From the NCBI GenBank assembly GCA_024704765.1, contig JAKMXF010000338.1, positions 163,234 to 227,233 on the forward strand: 64,000 nt of DNA, read 5' to 3'. Origin of the DNA: Oopsacas minuta. Lineage: Eukaryota; Animalia; Porifera. Of the stretch, positions 1 through 13,792 are shown one piece after another; the first letter of the stretch is position 1, and the number at the start of each line of letters is the position of its first letter. Under the pieces are notes generated by a model, which was not told the DNA's origin, made no database searches, and was given only the letters and a program-made list of their open reading frames with translations. The position numbers and the translations under genes are program-made.

Positions 1-1301
1 ATTTGTTGGCAAAGACAAAAATACTTCCTCATCAACCTCATCAAATACATCACGTGCATCACGGATAGTCCTATTTATGGGAAAGCCATTTTGAACTATG
101 CTAATATCGTGTATCTGTTGGAACGTTGCAGTACACATTTGACAATTAGCACCACCAGCACCGCTTAAGATTTTTGCCATCTTTGTATCGAAATGAGATC
201 TAATGATCTTGACCTCTGCATTTCCGTTGTGTAAACACAAACCACTCTCTTCGATAGTTGAAGTTTCGTTATTTATTAATGAATCCATCAAAAACTTGAC
301 ACTCTCTTCATTTTCTGGTAGGGCTAAGAGGGCAACTGGTCGAGTGCAAAATGGCGAATTCGGATGATGAGGTTTCCATAGGATATGATCATTTGCATTT
401 ATGATTGAGTTAACCTTGAAACTAAATAAAATGAAGGTTTTAGTCGAGAGGTCAGGGTTAGATATAGCTTGCTGGTAAACTCGATGACACCCAGATCCAT
501 CTAAGCCATCGGATACTCGAACTTTCAGCGGATAGACAAGGTTATCAGGACTTAAGTTAGATACAATTCGTTCAACTGTATGGGTGAGTAGTCTGGTGTA
601 AGAAATACCTACTCCACATGGAAATTCTCTATGAATTATACGCACCTCATCCAGCAAATTAATTTGAGCCCGATGTTTAGCTACACTATTGTAGCCTGGT
701 AACTTGAGATCTTCAGATAGTAACGTACGCCGAAGTTCTAAATACTTTGTTTTACCGATCTCAAGCGAATCGAAAAGAAAGGCAGATTTATCAAGTGATA
801 ATTGTGGGTAGATAGGAGATGAGTTTCCCTTCTCGAGTATCTCTTTACAAACATTGGCACTATTCATGTCCTGCTCCTCATTGCAACAAAGTAGTAAGAG
901 ATAAGTTGCAAGAGTCTTTGGCGTTACATGCTCGTTTTCAGCGACTGATTCGAGGTGAGACTTAAGAGAAGAGAGCCGATTTCTCAAACATTTGGTCGTT
1001 AAGTAAGCGAGCGATTTCTTTTTTGAAAGATTAAAGTCTCCTTCAAAGTTAATGGTTAATGAAGAAGAGGCACTTAACTAGGCTTCTTTGGCAGAGGACA
1101 GAAGCACATAGAATTCCAAGTATCAAGGTCCGAATATTTATGAAAAGAGGCTCTCTCTTTTTGAATATCATTGAACTTCAGACGAAAGAAATTTTGCTGA
1201 TCTCGATCAAAACCATGAGTTGAAATAAATTGGTCTGCGATTGAACGGGTGCTAAGTAATTTATGCTCACAATAAAACTGAAAAGCTTGAAGCTTGTTCA
1301 T
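1..1301 (-). pseudogene. RAG1-core-like (Transib) transposase, N-terminal half, 1-bp frameshift near 1080
   Basis: ORF MNKLQAFQFYCEHK... at 1074-1301. The downstream frame carries the SDGLDGSG motif and the sequence encoding RSHFDTKM and CQIC, matching 52953-53820. Confidence 0.9.
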
Positions 1302-2184
1302 TTTCTAGATAATTAATATATTATTTATTAACAAATTGTAAATACAGGGCAAAAGTAAGATTATATATATATGCATGTTTGTTTTATAAGCTTATACAAA
1401 ACATTCTGAAATCTAAGAATTAAGGAACTTTTGACGAAACGTTTTCTCACAGTAGAAGAGTGTTGATTTTTTAATGGAATCTTTGTAAAAATACGTGATG
1501 GGAACATTTATTTATATTAATTACAAGCTGAATTTTGTAAACACAAGCATAAAAATGTAAATAACTTCACGTTTTGATTACATCGCTAAGCAACCATAAT
1601 ATTTATATAAATTTTGAAAAGAGAATTTTTAAAAATATTAGATAAATTCAAAAGTTCATCTGATTGAAACTATATTTGCGCGAATTTTCGGGAACCTGGA
1701 AATTGTTGTATTTTATAGAGAATTAAAAATGCTGTCTTATAAAACTCATGAGACAACTTGACAGAACGCGACAGATGAAGTTATGAGACTTCGAAGTTGA
1801 GTGACGACAGAAATCCAACAGAAAAATTTATCAAAATATTTGAGCTATTTTAAGGATTTATTATTTGAACTCCGCTTATATAATCACTATAATAAGAGAG
1901 TAGTCGAAAATGCAATGGAATGAAGTCTTTGGAATGTATTAGTTGCTTAGATACTGGAATTTAAGTTCATTAATGTAAATGAATATCTGTGGTTTTCAAG
2001 AATAATTTCTGAGCAAGAAATTGTAATGCTTATATACATTCCAGTTGTTCCTAAACTAAATGATGGATCATAACAATTTTAGACATTTCAAGTAATTGGA
2101 TATTTCATTTTTCCAATGAACTTTAAATGGTTACTAAATATCGGATTGAAATTTTGACCAATTTCCAGGGGGTGTGCCACTGTG
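1..2184 (-). mobile_element. Transib/RAG1-like transposon family 1, copy 1 (5' half; runs off the left window edge)
   Basis: Reverse complement is near-identical to 50329-53820 once the internal maT insertion is removed. 5' end CACAGTGGCACACCCCCTGGAAATTGGTCAAAA ends at 2184, flanked by CCCCC. Confidence 0.93.
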
Positions 2185-3259
2185 CCCCCTATTGTGCAAT
2201 AAATTTGTGTTATATCATTGTGATATGAAATCATATAATGCTATTCATTATAATCGTGATACGCCACAATCGGTGATGTTTCTATTGAATGAATAATACA
2301 CAAATATTAAATGTTTAGGAATTATTTTTTGTTATTTTTGTAAGAAAGTAAATGATATTATTCACGCGGCCTATAAAGTTAGTTTCTTTATCTTTAATTT
2401 TTCTGGAATTAGTAAGATGGTAGTATATATGTGAGAATGACAATGTCCTCCGATAGCTCCTTGAGAACTGAGTTAGGCATGTGAATAAGATTCAAATCCA
2501 AATAAGTAGAAAAAATATCATATACAGTTATAAACTAAATTATAAAATATATTCAATAACATCCATCTTACAAAAATAAGAGTTCGTAGCAAGCCTGCCC
2601 AGTCTTATAAGCGAAACGAGCAATCAAAAGTTTTCTTGAGTACTTTAGTTAGTAGAATTTCATACCAATAAGAGAATAAATATACACTGTATACACCATA
2701 TGAGAATACAATTTTTTGGAATATACACTGTACAAGAATATATTTTCTGATATTTCTGTTTGGAACTACAGTCTCAAAATTATTACTTGAGAATATATTG
2801 TAGCATATTATGGATACGTTTTCACAGCCTCACGAGGTGGTAGAGACAATCTATTAGTTCCATAAAGGGAGATTATTGAATGTGTATCATATAAGGACAA
2901 GTAAACCCGCAAATGCATAGAATAATTATTCATGGATAATATTGGATATCTATACTCAGCGAATACATAAAGTTAGTTATGGATTCCCATGGAAGCAATT
3001 AAAATGATAATTAAGAGGATTATAATGAGAGCAATTATACCATATAATATTACATTAGGTTTCATACCGTTAGATATATATTCATCAATAAAAGGCAATA
3101 AATATTCACCAGGTGTAAGGATCTAAAGATCTAAAAACGATATAAAAATACTGATTTCAGATTTCAGGATCTCATGGGCAAATTACCCAGGGGACGAAAT
3201 TTCAAGAGATTCCATGAATTTTGTTACGAACGTAAAGTCCGGCAGTATTCGGTTAATTT

Positions 3260-3619
3260 AGTTCGAAACCCTTTTGTGCAAAAAGTGGAAGATTGTATTA
3301 CTGATGATCAGGATGATGCCCAAGAGGAATTTATAAATTTGATTAATGACTCGGGAGCAAAGGCTCTATTTTCAACGATGAGTGTTCCCTGTTACACACC
3401 TATCCATTGGTATCACAAATCGCAATTAAGGCGCTACTACCATTTCCTTCTACCTACTTAAGTGAAACAGGTTTCTCCAGTCTACTAACAATTAAAACGA
3501 AAAATCGAAATAGATTGGATGTTGAACATGATTTAAGATGCTGTCTTTCTAAAACCGAGCCAAGGATTTCTCAACTTGTTGAAAAAAAAACAGTTTCAAC
3601 TCTCACATTAGGCATATAA
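3260..3619 (+). pseudogene. hAT (Buster/ZBED5-like) transposase C-terminal dimerization-domain fragment
   Basis: NPF...AQEEFINLIND and LLPFPSTYLSETGFSSLLTIKTKNRNRLDVEHDLRCCLS, split by a frameshift. Confidence 0.85.
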
Positions 3620-4080
3620 ATGAAAATTTTTCTTTTAAAAGAACTTTATACAAAAAATATATTTAGTGGTAAAGTTGGCACGTTCCTGAGTAACAGTAGT
3701 GAGTATGGAAATTATATATTAGCCAAAACCTTAAAAACCTGACAAAATTATATGATTATTGACAAAAGATTCATGCAATTGTGCTTTATATCCCGAGTGT
3801 CAATGCCCTTGAAATTCATCAAAATCAGATACCTGTTGACAATGAGTCAATCCGAATTTTAACAAAGTCTAGAGTGAAGTTAATTTGTCTCTGATATATA
3901 CATAAACCATCCAGTAAAAGATAACACTTTCTACCTATTCCTAGTCGAGAAAAGTCTTTTGGTACCAATGGCTTAGTGTATCATAAATTTTGATTCAATG
4001 CTTCGAAATTCGCGAAAGAAATTATGAAGAACGTATAACAGTGTAAAGTCGATTACTAGGACCATTTGTTTATCCTAAAG

Positions 4081-6496
4081 CAGCGGTCGGCAACCTCCGG
4101 CCCGCGGGCCTAATCTGGCCCGTGAGGCGAATTCATCCGGCCCGCGGCGCTCCTTAGCATCCCTGTTGTGAACTCCAATTTGTTCATCAATTGGAAGCAA
4201 AAATTCTAAAATATTATTTTCCTAAGATAATCCTTGATGGTGAATGCATGGTTCAATACATGGTTCAATGAATAGTGGTGATTGTGCATGCGCAATGTAT
4301 TTCTTTAGCACCTTACAAGTTACAACCTGTCAATAATATAATTGAATAAATATGATTATCACGTCTTTTCAAGGCTGTTCTTTGTTCACTTATCATTGTT
4401 AGTAAATAGTCCTTGATTTCAAAAGCATTTTAGTAAGTATTTTTTCAATTTTTCATTAACTTCACTTATCTTTAAGTTTAGCATTTGTCGAGTGATTTTG
4501 TTGTTCAGATTTATTTACGTATGGCATCAAATAAGAGAAGAAAAGTAGATCGGGAAAATTGAACATTCACGGAAAGTTGGACTGAACAATACTTTTTGTA
4601 TTATGTTTGGAGATAAGCCTTTATGCTTACTATGTAATGCAACTGTGGCTGCTGTAAAAGAGTGTAATCTAAAGCGACATTACACAACAAAGCACTCGGA
4701 GAAATTTGATTCAATTATTGGAGAAGAGCGAAAAGTAAAGATTAATTCTCTACGAGGATCCCTGTGTAAACAACAAGATATTTTCACAAAGCAATATACC
4801 GAATCCGCAAACAGGACTTGTGCAAGTTTCGCTATCAGTGAAATCATTGGCAGAAAAATGAAACCGTTTACTGATGGAGAATTTGTGAAAGAATGTCTTC
4901 AACTGCGGTTGACTTTGTTGCCTTGAGAAAAAAAGCCTGTTCGCTAACATCAGTCTTTCTGGAACGAACTGTCACACGTAGAATTGAAGATTTATCTGCT
5001 GACGTCAAACAATCATTAAAAGAACTTACGCGCCAATTTGAATTTTTCGCCATTGCTTTGGATGAGAGTACTGATCTCAAGGATACTGCTCAAGTTGCTG
5101 TTTTTATAAGAGGAATTAATGCGCACTTTGATATCACTGAAGAGTTTGCAAGCTTGGTTCCACTTAGGGATACTACAACTGGTCTAAATATTTTTAATGA
5201 AGTTAAAAGTGTTATAGATGACTTTGGTCCAAAATTAGATGATCTTTGTGGAGTGACAACAGATGGTGCCCCAGCAATGACCGGTACCGTGAACGGAGCT
5301 GTTTCATTAATTGAAAAAGAGATGAGGAATGTTGGAATCGAGCGAAATTTAGTACGGACACACTGCCTAATTCATCTTGAAGCCCTATGTGCAAAATGTT
5401 TGAGGATGCAAGAAGTCATGCGAGTGGTTGTTAAGACTGTGAACTTTGTATGCTCAAGGGGGTTGAATCATCGTCAATTTCAAAAACTGATGGAAGAGAT
5501 AGATTCTCAATACGGTGATTTATTATATTATTGCGAAGTTCGCTGGTTAAGCAGAGGTGCTATGCTAGAGAGAGTGTATCAGCTGAGAAATGAATTGACG
5601 ACATTCGTTAGAGAAAAGGGTTTGGAAATTCCTGAGTTTAGTGATTCAAAATGGTTGTCAGATTTTGCTTTTCTTGTGGATATTACCAATCACTTGAACC
5701 GTTAAATTTGAAACTACAGGGAAAGAACCAGTTAGCTAACGTCCTTTATGAACATGTATGTGCATTTCAAGCTAAGTTGCGATTGTGGGAGTTTCAATTG
5801 AATCAGCAGAATTGTGCACATTTTCCTAGTCTTAATGTAAATCAGCCAATTGATGTAACTTACTATTCTACTTTTATATCTGATCTAAGCGTACAATTTG
5901 ATATCCGGTTTGCTGACGTAGAGAAGTATCAAAGGGAGTTCAGTTATTTCGCTAGTCCATTTGGTGTCAATTATATTGAGGCCCCAGAAGAGATGCAATT
6001 GGAGCTAATCGAGCTTCAAAATTCTGTTGAGCTTAAGTCGAGGTACCGGGATCTTTCTTTTGTGGAATTCTATCAGAAGTACTTGACAAATGGCAAATTT
6101 CCAGTACTGAGGAAGCATCCCAAGACAACTGCAGTACTTTTTGGTAGTACTTATGTTTGCGAGTAACTTTTCTCAAGAATGAAATATGCAAAAAAACAAG
6201 TTAAGAACGAAATTAAAGAACGACCATGTGGAAAATGTAATGCGATTATCAACTTCTACAATATTACCTGATGTAATAAGACTGTCAAAGGACGGACAGC
6301 ATCAAAAATCGCATTAATAATTCACTTATTCTAGTTTTCTTCCATTATTAAAGACAATTCTAACATATTTATTTATAATTACCAATTCGACAATTGATAA
6401 ATTTCGAATAAGATCAGAGAATGGTGATCGCTTGGCCCGCGCAATGCACTGAAAGACTCAATCTGGCCCGCAGGCTCAAAAGGTTGCCGCCCCCTG
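4081..6496 (+). mobile_element. hAT element (Charlie/SPIN, GTF2IRD2-like), full length but decayed
   Basis: TIRs CAGCGGTCGGCAACCT / CAGGGGGCGGCAACCT with GGCCCG subterminal motifs. The 8-bp flanks TCCTAAAG / CTGTAAAG match only 5/8. Confidence 0.88.
4521..6317 (+). pseudogene. hAT transposase with stops and frameshifts
   Basis: BED-like CLLC...KRHY..KH; ALDESTD, TTDGAPAM, CLIH, EVRWLS, FGSTYVCE motifs spread over ORFs 4603, 4893 and 5651. Confidence 0.9.
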
Positions 6497-7800
6497 CTGT
6501 AAAGGATGATTAGTAAAAGGCTTAGCAGAAAATCTAATATTTGGTAAAACTAAATGTGTTATTTACACAGGTAGCTGAAAAACATTGGCACAAAAAATGA
6601 GATCCTTGAGATTTTTTCACTTTCTTGTGCAGAATTTTATGAGGAATCTGAATATCCACTCCAAAAACTTTTCCTTACATTAAATTATTTTGCAGATTAT
6701 ACAAACATTTAGGAAATCACAAAAATTCTGGCTATTATAATTTTAATATAACCCAATTTTTAATATATTATCGTGATTCTTCGCTGATATATTTCTTTCT
6801 AGAATTCAATTGAATTACAAGTTACCTAAGAGAATTGATGTTTTTAACGAATTCCTATCCAAAATGTCATTAGCATGGCCACAAACTGAAAAGTCTTACC
6901 AGAAATTCATATTAACGAGATAGTTTAAATAAATTAGTTAAATTACGCTATGCAAAAAATATATCTAAAATGCCGCCCCCCGCCCCTATTTCGCAGAAAA
7001 AAATGGATGAGAATCAAGTAATTTATTTTACATGGCCTAAGTGAACACATCTTTTTCATTATATTTCTTCAATATTTATACAAAATATTGTACAAACTGT
7101 GATCTACGAATGTGTCGTATAATATAATTATCCTTAACTTATTCTAGATTCATAGACATTTTATTGAACATCCATTTGAGTTTTTTATTCTGGATTAGTT
7201 ACACGTCCTACTTTCAGCTTTGTCAACCGATAGAAGATTAAATAGTTAACTAATCCAGTTGGAGACGTAACGAGTCTTGTAGAGTCAGAACAATTATATA
7301 TCTAATTAATCTGTGTGTGAAAGACCCCAGGGCTGATTTTGGCATATATGGGTATTTTCGGCATGGCTCTGACAAGTTTGAGACTTGGACGAAGATTCAC
7401 ACCTAGGACGAAATTATGACGTCATTTTCACCTATACTAGTAGTAGTAAATCCAATAATCGATTTGGACAATGCTGTGGTCATCTTTCCTACTAATTTCT
7501 GAAAGAAAAGACTTTATCTTATCTCAATTAGTAATTTATTATGGAACTCAGTAATCTGAACTGTAAATACCGCGCCTGTCACTTAGTTTTTACATTTTAA
7601 TTTCCCATAATCGATATTTAGTCTACGGATTACTGATGGCTGGTCCCAATCCAAACTGGGAATCCACCCTTACTCAACTCCTAGCAAATGTTACCGCATG
7701 TATAAACTTATTTCATGAACTTGAAAGTGAAAAAACATGGGGGCGATAATATATCTGATTAGGTTGTTGGAGATAATAGTGAAATTCGACCAAAAGCGTA

Positions 7801-8346
7801 TTGGATTTTACGAAAAATTTCAGAACAGTTTTGGGAACGCTTCTTTCAACCTACACAACATTATTGAGAGAGGTTGAATTGGGCAAAAAGTTGGAGCTTG
7901 GATATCAAGGAATATCTCAGCACTATAAATTAGACTACTTCCAAGACAAAGCTGACGAATCAATTGCTAAACAGTTCGAAGAATTATTTGTATCAGTTCC
8001 TGTTTTGAAATCTCCTGAGGAGCGGACTTGGAAAATGAAATCGGGAGGTATTGGAGTTCTGGGTTCTTTGGGGGTTACTATGATTGGAGCATTAGGATTA
8101 GAATTACAAATGCCTGTAGTCATTGGTAGTGCGGCAGTGATTGCACATTACTACCTTCACTCAAAAGGGAGGAAAAGAGGGCTAGGATATCAGCATATAA
8201 AGTCACTATACGACTCTCTTAAAGATTCATTATTAATTTCCAAATTGGAGGTTCTTTCTTTCAAGTTGGAAAACCTGTCCCACAGTAGGCTACTAGGGTA
8301 CATTAGGCCCAAATTCCTACCTTCAATTTATACCATTTTGAATTAG
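7801..8346 (+). CDS. Unidentified ORF with a glycine-rich hydrophobic segment; possible host-gene relic. Its last ~20 codons probably lie in the Transib end at 8281.
   Basis: 181-aa ORF with GGIGVLGSLGVTMIGALG...VVIGSAAVIA; no family recognised. Confidence 0.25.
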   Translation: MDFTKNFRTVLGTLLSTYTTLLREVELGKKLELGYQGISQHYKLDYFQDKADESIAKQFEELFVSVPVLKSPEERTWKMKSGGIGVLGSLGVTMIGALGLELQMPVVIGSAAVIAHYYLHSKGRKRGLGYQHIKSLYDSLKDSLLISKLEVLSFKLENLSHSRLLGYIRPKFLPSIYTILN

Positions 8347-8782
8347 GAATTAGATTCTAGATATATCCAACAAGCGATATGTAAAGTATCAGATGAAACA
8401 GTTAAGTATTTCTATTTTTGTGGTCAATCAAATGTAGGACTTCATTGCTGTATTCTATGTTTATCCAAACATTATATAAATCAATGAAGCTATTTCAGTA
8501 ATCTTTTGAATTTCTGATGCATATTGTTCATTTACATGCCTTCCAAGCAGAGTGCGCTGAATTTGAATCTATCATTGAATTTCTTCAAGAGCGAAAAGAT
8601 TAATCAGATATTACGGATACAATACTGAGAAAATTTTGTAGAAATTCCTCTCGGCCATAAGCCATCTTGTTGGCAGCAAAATTTGTTTCCATTAGTTTCC
8701 ACCCTCAATTTTTAGTATGTTTCTAGTCAAGTAATATAAACAATATATTCAAAGTACAAATGCCGCTTCATTGCGCAACATA

Positions 8783-10114
8783 CAGGGTGTTAAGAAATTG
8801 ATGTCACCTTTTTGAAATTAAATAGAGCCATAAATTAACTATTTGAATCGTGTTTTAGTTTCCAATTCTTATTCTACGTATTTGAAATAATAGAATTCCT
8901 GTAAATTCCGAAAATTATAGACACTAAAAATACTCTCTTGTTCAATTTTTCTTACTTTTCATATACAAGAAATAATCATGGTCAAAGAAGCTACTCTAGC
9001 TGTCCGTACACGTGCAGTTTGCATGATAGAAGCTGGGATTTTTATTAATAAAGTGGCCAAGGTTGTAGGAATATCTGTCCGTACCATTCGGCGCTGGTTG
9101 CTGAGGTCCAAGTCTGGTGAACCTCTACAGAACAGGAGGGGCTGTGGAAGGAAAACGTCCGTCACGATGGTACCGAAAGTGGTCATTGCCAAGACAATCG
9201 GTAAAAAAATGAAATCCACACGAGTTATCTCCCAGAATCTCAAATCTAAAGGGTTTTCTATCTCCCACGTGACAGTACACTCGTATTTACGCAAAAATCT
9301 GAAAGTTCGACCATACAAACCCCAGGTTCAACCCAAATTGACGGAAAAACAGAGGACAGCTCGGATAAAATTCTGTAATGAAAGGAAGAATTGGTCAATT
9401 GATAGCTGGCGAGGGTTTTATTCTCGGACGAGTCCTCCTTTGAGGTATTCCACACTCCAAATAAGCAAAACGACCGAGTTTGGGCGAAATCTAGTTCCAA
9501 TGTTCCTCCTACCGAAAAGGTCAAATTTCCTAGAAAAATCATGGTCTGGGGTGTGATGTCATACCGAGCCCTCTCACATCACATTATCCCCAAAGGACAA
9601 ACTGTGACATCAGAATATTATGTGGAAGTTATATTGAAACAGTCTCTAATACCCAGCATGCTTCGAACGAGAGATTCAGGGACTATTCTGGAGAGAAAAT
9701 TGTTGCTAGAAAGGTCCAAAGCAATTTTTCAACAAGATGGGGCACCAGCACATACCTCCAAAAGAAGTCAGGAATGGCTAAAAAACAATATGCCAGGGTT
9801 TTGGACCAAGGACATATGGCCTCTAAACTCACCAGACTTAAATCCTATTGAGAACCTCTGGGCTATTTTGCAAACCAAACTGGATTCAATGGAGCGAGCA
9901 ACCAACCTAAAATGTTAGAAAAGCAGCTGATTTTGGCCTGGAAGGAAATCTCACCGGAGACACTAGAGAAACTCATAGCAGGGATGCCCTCTCGCATTAA
10001 TAAATGTTTAAAATTAAATGGAGATTACATAGGAAAGTAAATAGCACACCTTTCTAGTTCGCATTATTGAAATATGCATGGTATAAAATGGGACATCAAT
10101 TTCTTAACACCCTG
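8783..10114 (+). mobile_element. Tc1-like DD37E element, frameshifted transposase (8978-10040)
   Basis: Perfect 23-bp TIR CAGGGTGTTAAGAAATTGATGTC with TA on both sides. QQDGAPAH...SPDLNPIE gives 37 residues between D and E. Confidence 0.95.
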
Positions 10115-10217
10115 TATTAAATAATGTCAAATTCCATTCTCACATCTACTTTGCTATGGTACTATGTAATGTAATTACATGGTAATTTACACCAATATAA
10201 CGTAATAATTACTTATA

Positions 10218-11520
10218 CAGGGTGGCTTTTAAGTTTTGTCCCATGATTTATAAGAACCATTTTCTATGCTGAGTCCCTGCTATTAGATATATCTTATTAG
10301 TTTACCTTATTATACTGTATATACATAAATATGCAGTTTCAGAGTACAATCGTATAGAAATTTCAATTTTATCAGTGATGGAACGTGAGAGGTCGGCAAT
10401 AGTAGAATTATTTACAAAAGGACATCCTTCAAGGGAAATTTTGAAGATCCTGAAACTCCCTCTAAACAAAAGGAAATTTGTGCACCACACTATTAGGCGA
10501 TACAAGGATACTGGAAGAGTTGAAGATAGGGCGAGATCAGGCCGCCCGTGCTCAGTAATCACCCCCAGCTTAGGGAAAGCCATCGCCCAGCGAATTCGCC
10601 GAAATCCTAGATGTTCCATAAGGAAAATGGATCTGATCTGAAAGTATCAAGATGTGCAATGACTAAAATTGTGAAAAGGGATTTAGGGATAAGTTCATTC
10701 AAGCGTAAGAAGGTATACTTCCTTGATCAATTGGTAAAGGAAAAAAGGGCTGCAAGATGCAAAGGTGCGTTGGGCCGGTACGCTGTTGAAAATCTAGAAA
10801 AAATATTATTTTCAGATGAGAAAATATTCACTATCCAGGAAGCAACCAATATACAAAATGATCGTATACTTGCATTATCTCCTTCCAAAGTCGACGAGAA
10901 GTCCAGATATGTTAGCCGAATACAGAACCCTAAGTCATTGATGGTTTGGGCAGGGGTATCAAAAATCGGCAGAACATCATTGGTTTTTGTACCACAAGGG
11001 GTAAAATCAATTCAATTAATTATCGAGAAATGGTTTTGGAGCCAGTATTGAAGAATATAGGCCGAGACATGTTCGGAGGTACTTCATTTGTTTCCCAGCA
11101 AGACGGGGCGCCAGCATACACTTCTAGTGTTACCCAGTCATGGTTACATGACAATTTTCCTGGTTTTATAACCAAGGAAGAATGGCTTCCTTACAGTCCT
11201 GACCTGAATCCCATGGATTATTCTGTGTGGTCAATTCTCTAGACGAAAGCTTGTGTTAACCCTCACACAAGTATCAAGTCACTGAAGAGGAAAATTTGCC
11301 AAGAGTGGAACAAATTCCCCAAAAAACTCTCCGTGTTGCTATTGAGGCCTTGCCAGGTAGAATTACACGTGTAATACAAAACGAGGGAGGCTATATTGAA
11401 TAAATATCGCGAAATATGTTTGTCTCTGAATCATAAATTATAACAATAAATATCATTACCAAGCTATATATATTGATAAATATTAGCTTTTGCATGTGAC
11501 AGAACTTAAAAGCCACCCTG
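10218..11520 (+). mobile_element. maT/DD37D Tc1-mariner element, disrupted transposase (10378-11403)
   Basis: TIR CAGGGTGGCTTTTAAGTT(T/C)TGTC with TA flanks; FSDEK and QQDGAPAY...SPDLNPMD motifs. Confidence 0.95.
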
Positions 11521-11598
11521 TATATACTGCATATTACGAAGTAGCATACAAGTTCATTAATTTGATAACCTAATAAACCTCTAATTATCAATTTAAAG

Positions 11599-13792
11599 AT
11601 GGCTGAAGCAACAATAGTATCTGAAAGCCCGAAAACACCTCATGACTTGGCTATCATATTGAAGGTTCACGACTATGATATCAATCAAGCAGCAGATGAG
11701 GTGGTGCGTATACTAAATCTCGAGGAAGACAAGAGACATTCTACGTACTCTCTAATATCTAAAGTGTCATTGATTTCAGAAAGAGTAAGAAATCTATTGA
11801 GAGCTTAGATGGTGAGTGGTGGAGTGCAAATATTCCATGGATCCCTGTTGAACCTAAGAGCACACAATCATCCCTTTCTGTTTCAGGCTGTGATGTAGAA
11901 AGCGGTGTTATATTGGTTCCAAATGTAGAGAGGAGAAAATCAATTGATGACATTCAAGTTCGTTCAAAAAAGATAAGGCTTGATCAGACTGGGATACTTC
12001 CATCATCCAGTTAGCACAACTTGAAAATATTTCAGTTATTCGCTACGTTGCTCTCCTCTTGTATATTGTAGCTGTAGAACAAACCGCAAATATCGCTTGA
12101 AAATCTATAACGAAGGATCAATATCAACCCTCAGTAACATAGTTTCACCAGAAAATCACATTCTTAGCATATCAACTTAAGCTGGGAAAGGAAAATGGAG
12201 AGATCTTAAATATTATCTCCAATCAGAAGGCCTCGTTTTGGCAACTTGGGAAAATATTTGTGAAATTAGAAATCAATTGTTCCAAAATTCGACTGGTATC
12301 CAGATGTTTCCAAACCTATAGAGTCTATATATCTTACTCATCACATGGAATTTCTCTTTTTGACCGGTTGTTAAAAGAATTTGTGCTAAATTTTCCTGCA
12401 CCACACTTCTATCCATTAACACCCAAAATCAAGAATGGATTGGATGGTTCTGGATCTCATTCCTCTCCTGGGTTATTGTCAGACTTAAATATAGATCGAT
12501 CAAATTATATTGTCTTCATGGTTTCACCCCTTCAGGTAATAGATCGATTTGGGAATGTTCTGTGGTAAAATAGGCATCCTAACTCCTGTTTTTCCAACCA
12601 ACCAGTAGCACTTATTTGCCAAAGGGAGACTATTGACACTGTGATAGAATTGACCAAGTTACTAAACCCTGAAATTGTTCCACTAAATGAGAATGGTTTT
12701 GATCAGCTAAATGGCTATGTTAAAGTAGAAGTCAAAGCTTCAATGTTTGACGGAAAAATGTTAGCAACAATGACAGGTAAAGGAGGAGCGCCATGTATTG
12801 CCTGCAAAGCAACCCGAAGTGATATCGATAGTATTACGAAAGTTGTTTGCGGGTTTCCTTTAGATTGTTCGATAGAGGATATCTAAGAGACAATCCATCA
12901 GTTAACTTCTGATGGAAAAGTGCTGATGAGCTACAATACAAAGCAATGGTGTGGGATTACACACGAACCTGCAGGTGGCATTGATGTATTTCCTGCAGCA
13001 CCTTTACATTCTTACCTGAGGATTTTAGATTGGTTTTCGAACCTCATCTACCGAATTGCAACAGGAAAGTCCAAGTGGACTGAAGATCAAATGGTGCGAG
13101 ACTATCGAGGTTTAGTATGCAAGCGTATCCATGAGCTTACGAACTTATCATTCGACCTATCAGGAGGAAGTGGGAACACAAGCACTGGTAACATGGCAAG
13201 AACTTTTTTTTCATATAAAAAATCGTGTTTAGGATCGCTTTATCGTTTGACCAAATGTTCATAGAGATGCTCTGACAGAGATTCACAGAATCTATCTGCA
13301 TTACTCAGAGTTGCTAATAGTAATGAGGTTGTCTATGTAGACAGATTTCGTGCATTAAGTCAAGAAACCTATATACTAATCTTACAAACCTTTCCCTGGG
13401 TTTCTATAGCAATACACTCCACAAATTCTTGGCTCATGCGCATCAATTTATTGAGAGAAATGACAGGGTAGGATTATGTAGTCTTTCTGAAGAAGGGTTA
13501 GAACAAGGACATGTTGATCAGAGAGTTCTCAATACATTTGAGCAGGAAATCAGATTTTCTAAGTGGGTTAAGTGATGTTGCAATGGTGCTCTAGATCTAT
13601 GGTAGTCCAATTCTGAATGAAAAATTCAGAAGGATCATTATTTGTTCCACCTGTGGTCAAGTAGGCCATCAAAAGAATTGTGTAACAAACAGGCAAGGTG
13701 AAAACGTTACAAATAATATTGATAATGAAGATTCTCTCCTTCAAAATTCCATAGATGAACTCTTCTTGCATTTAACATTAATTCATCAATAA
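11599..13792 (+). pseudogene. RAG1-core-like transposase, family 2, with C-terminal CxxCxxxGHxxxC tail
   Basis: NGLDGSG (D, 12443), SMFDGKM (D, 12749), CIAC, PLHSYLR, TGNMARTF, LHKFLAH, SEEGLE (E, 13501), then CSTCGQVGHQKNC at 13643-13681. Many stops and frameshifts. Confidence 0.88.
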
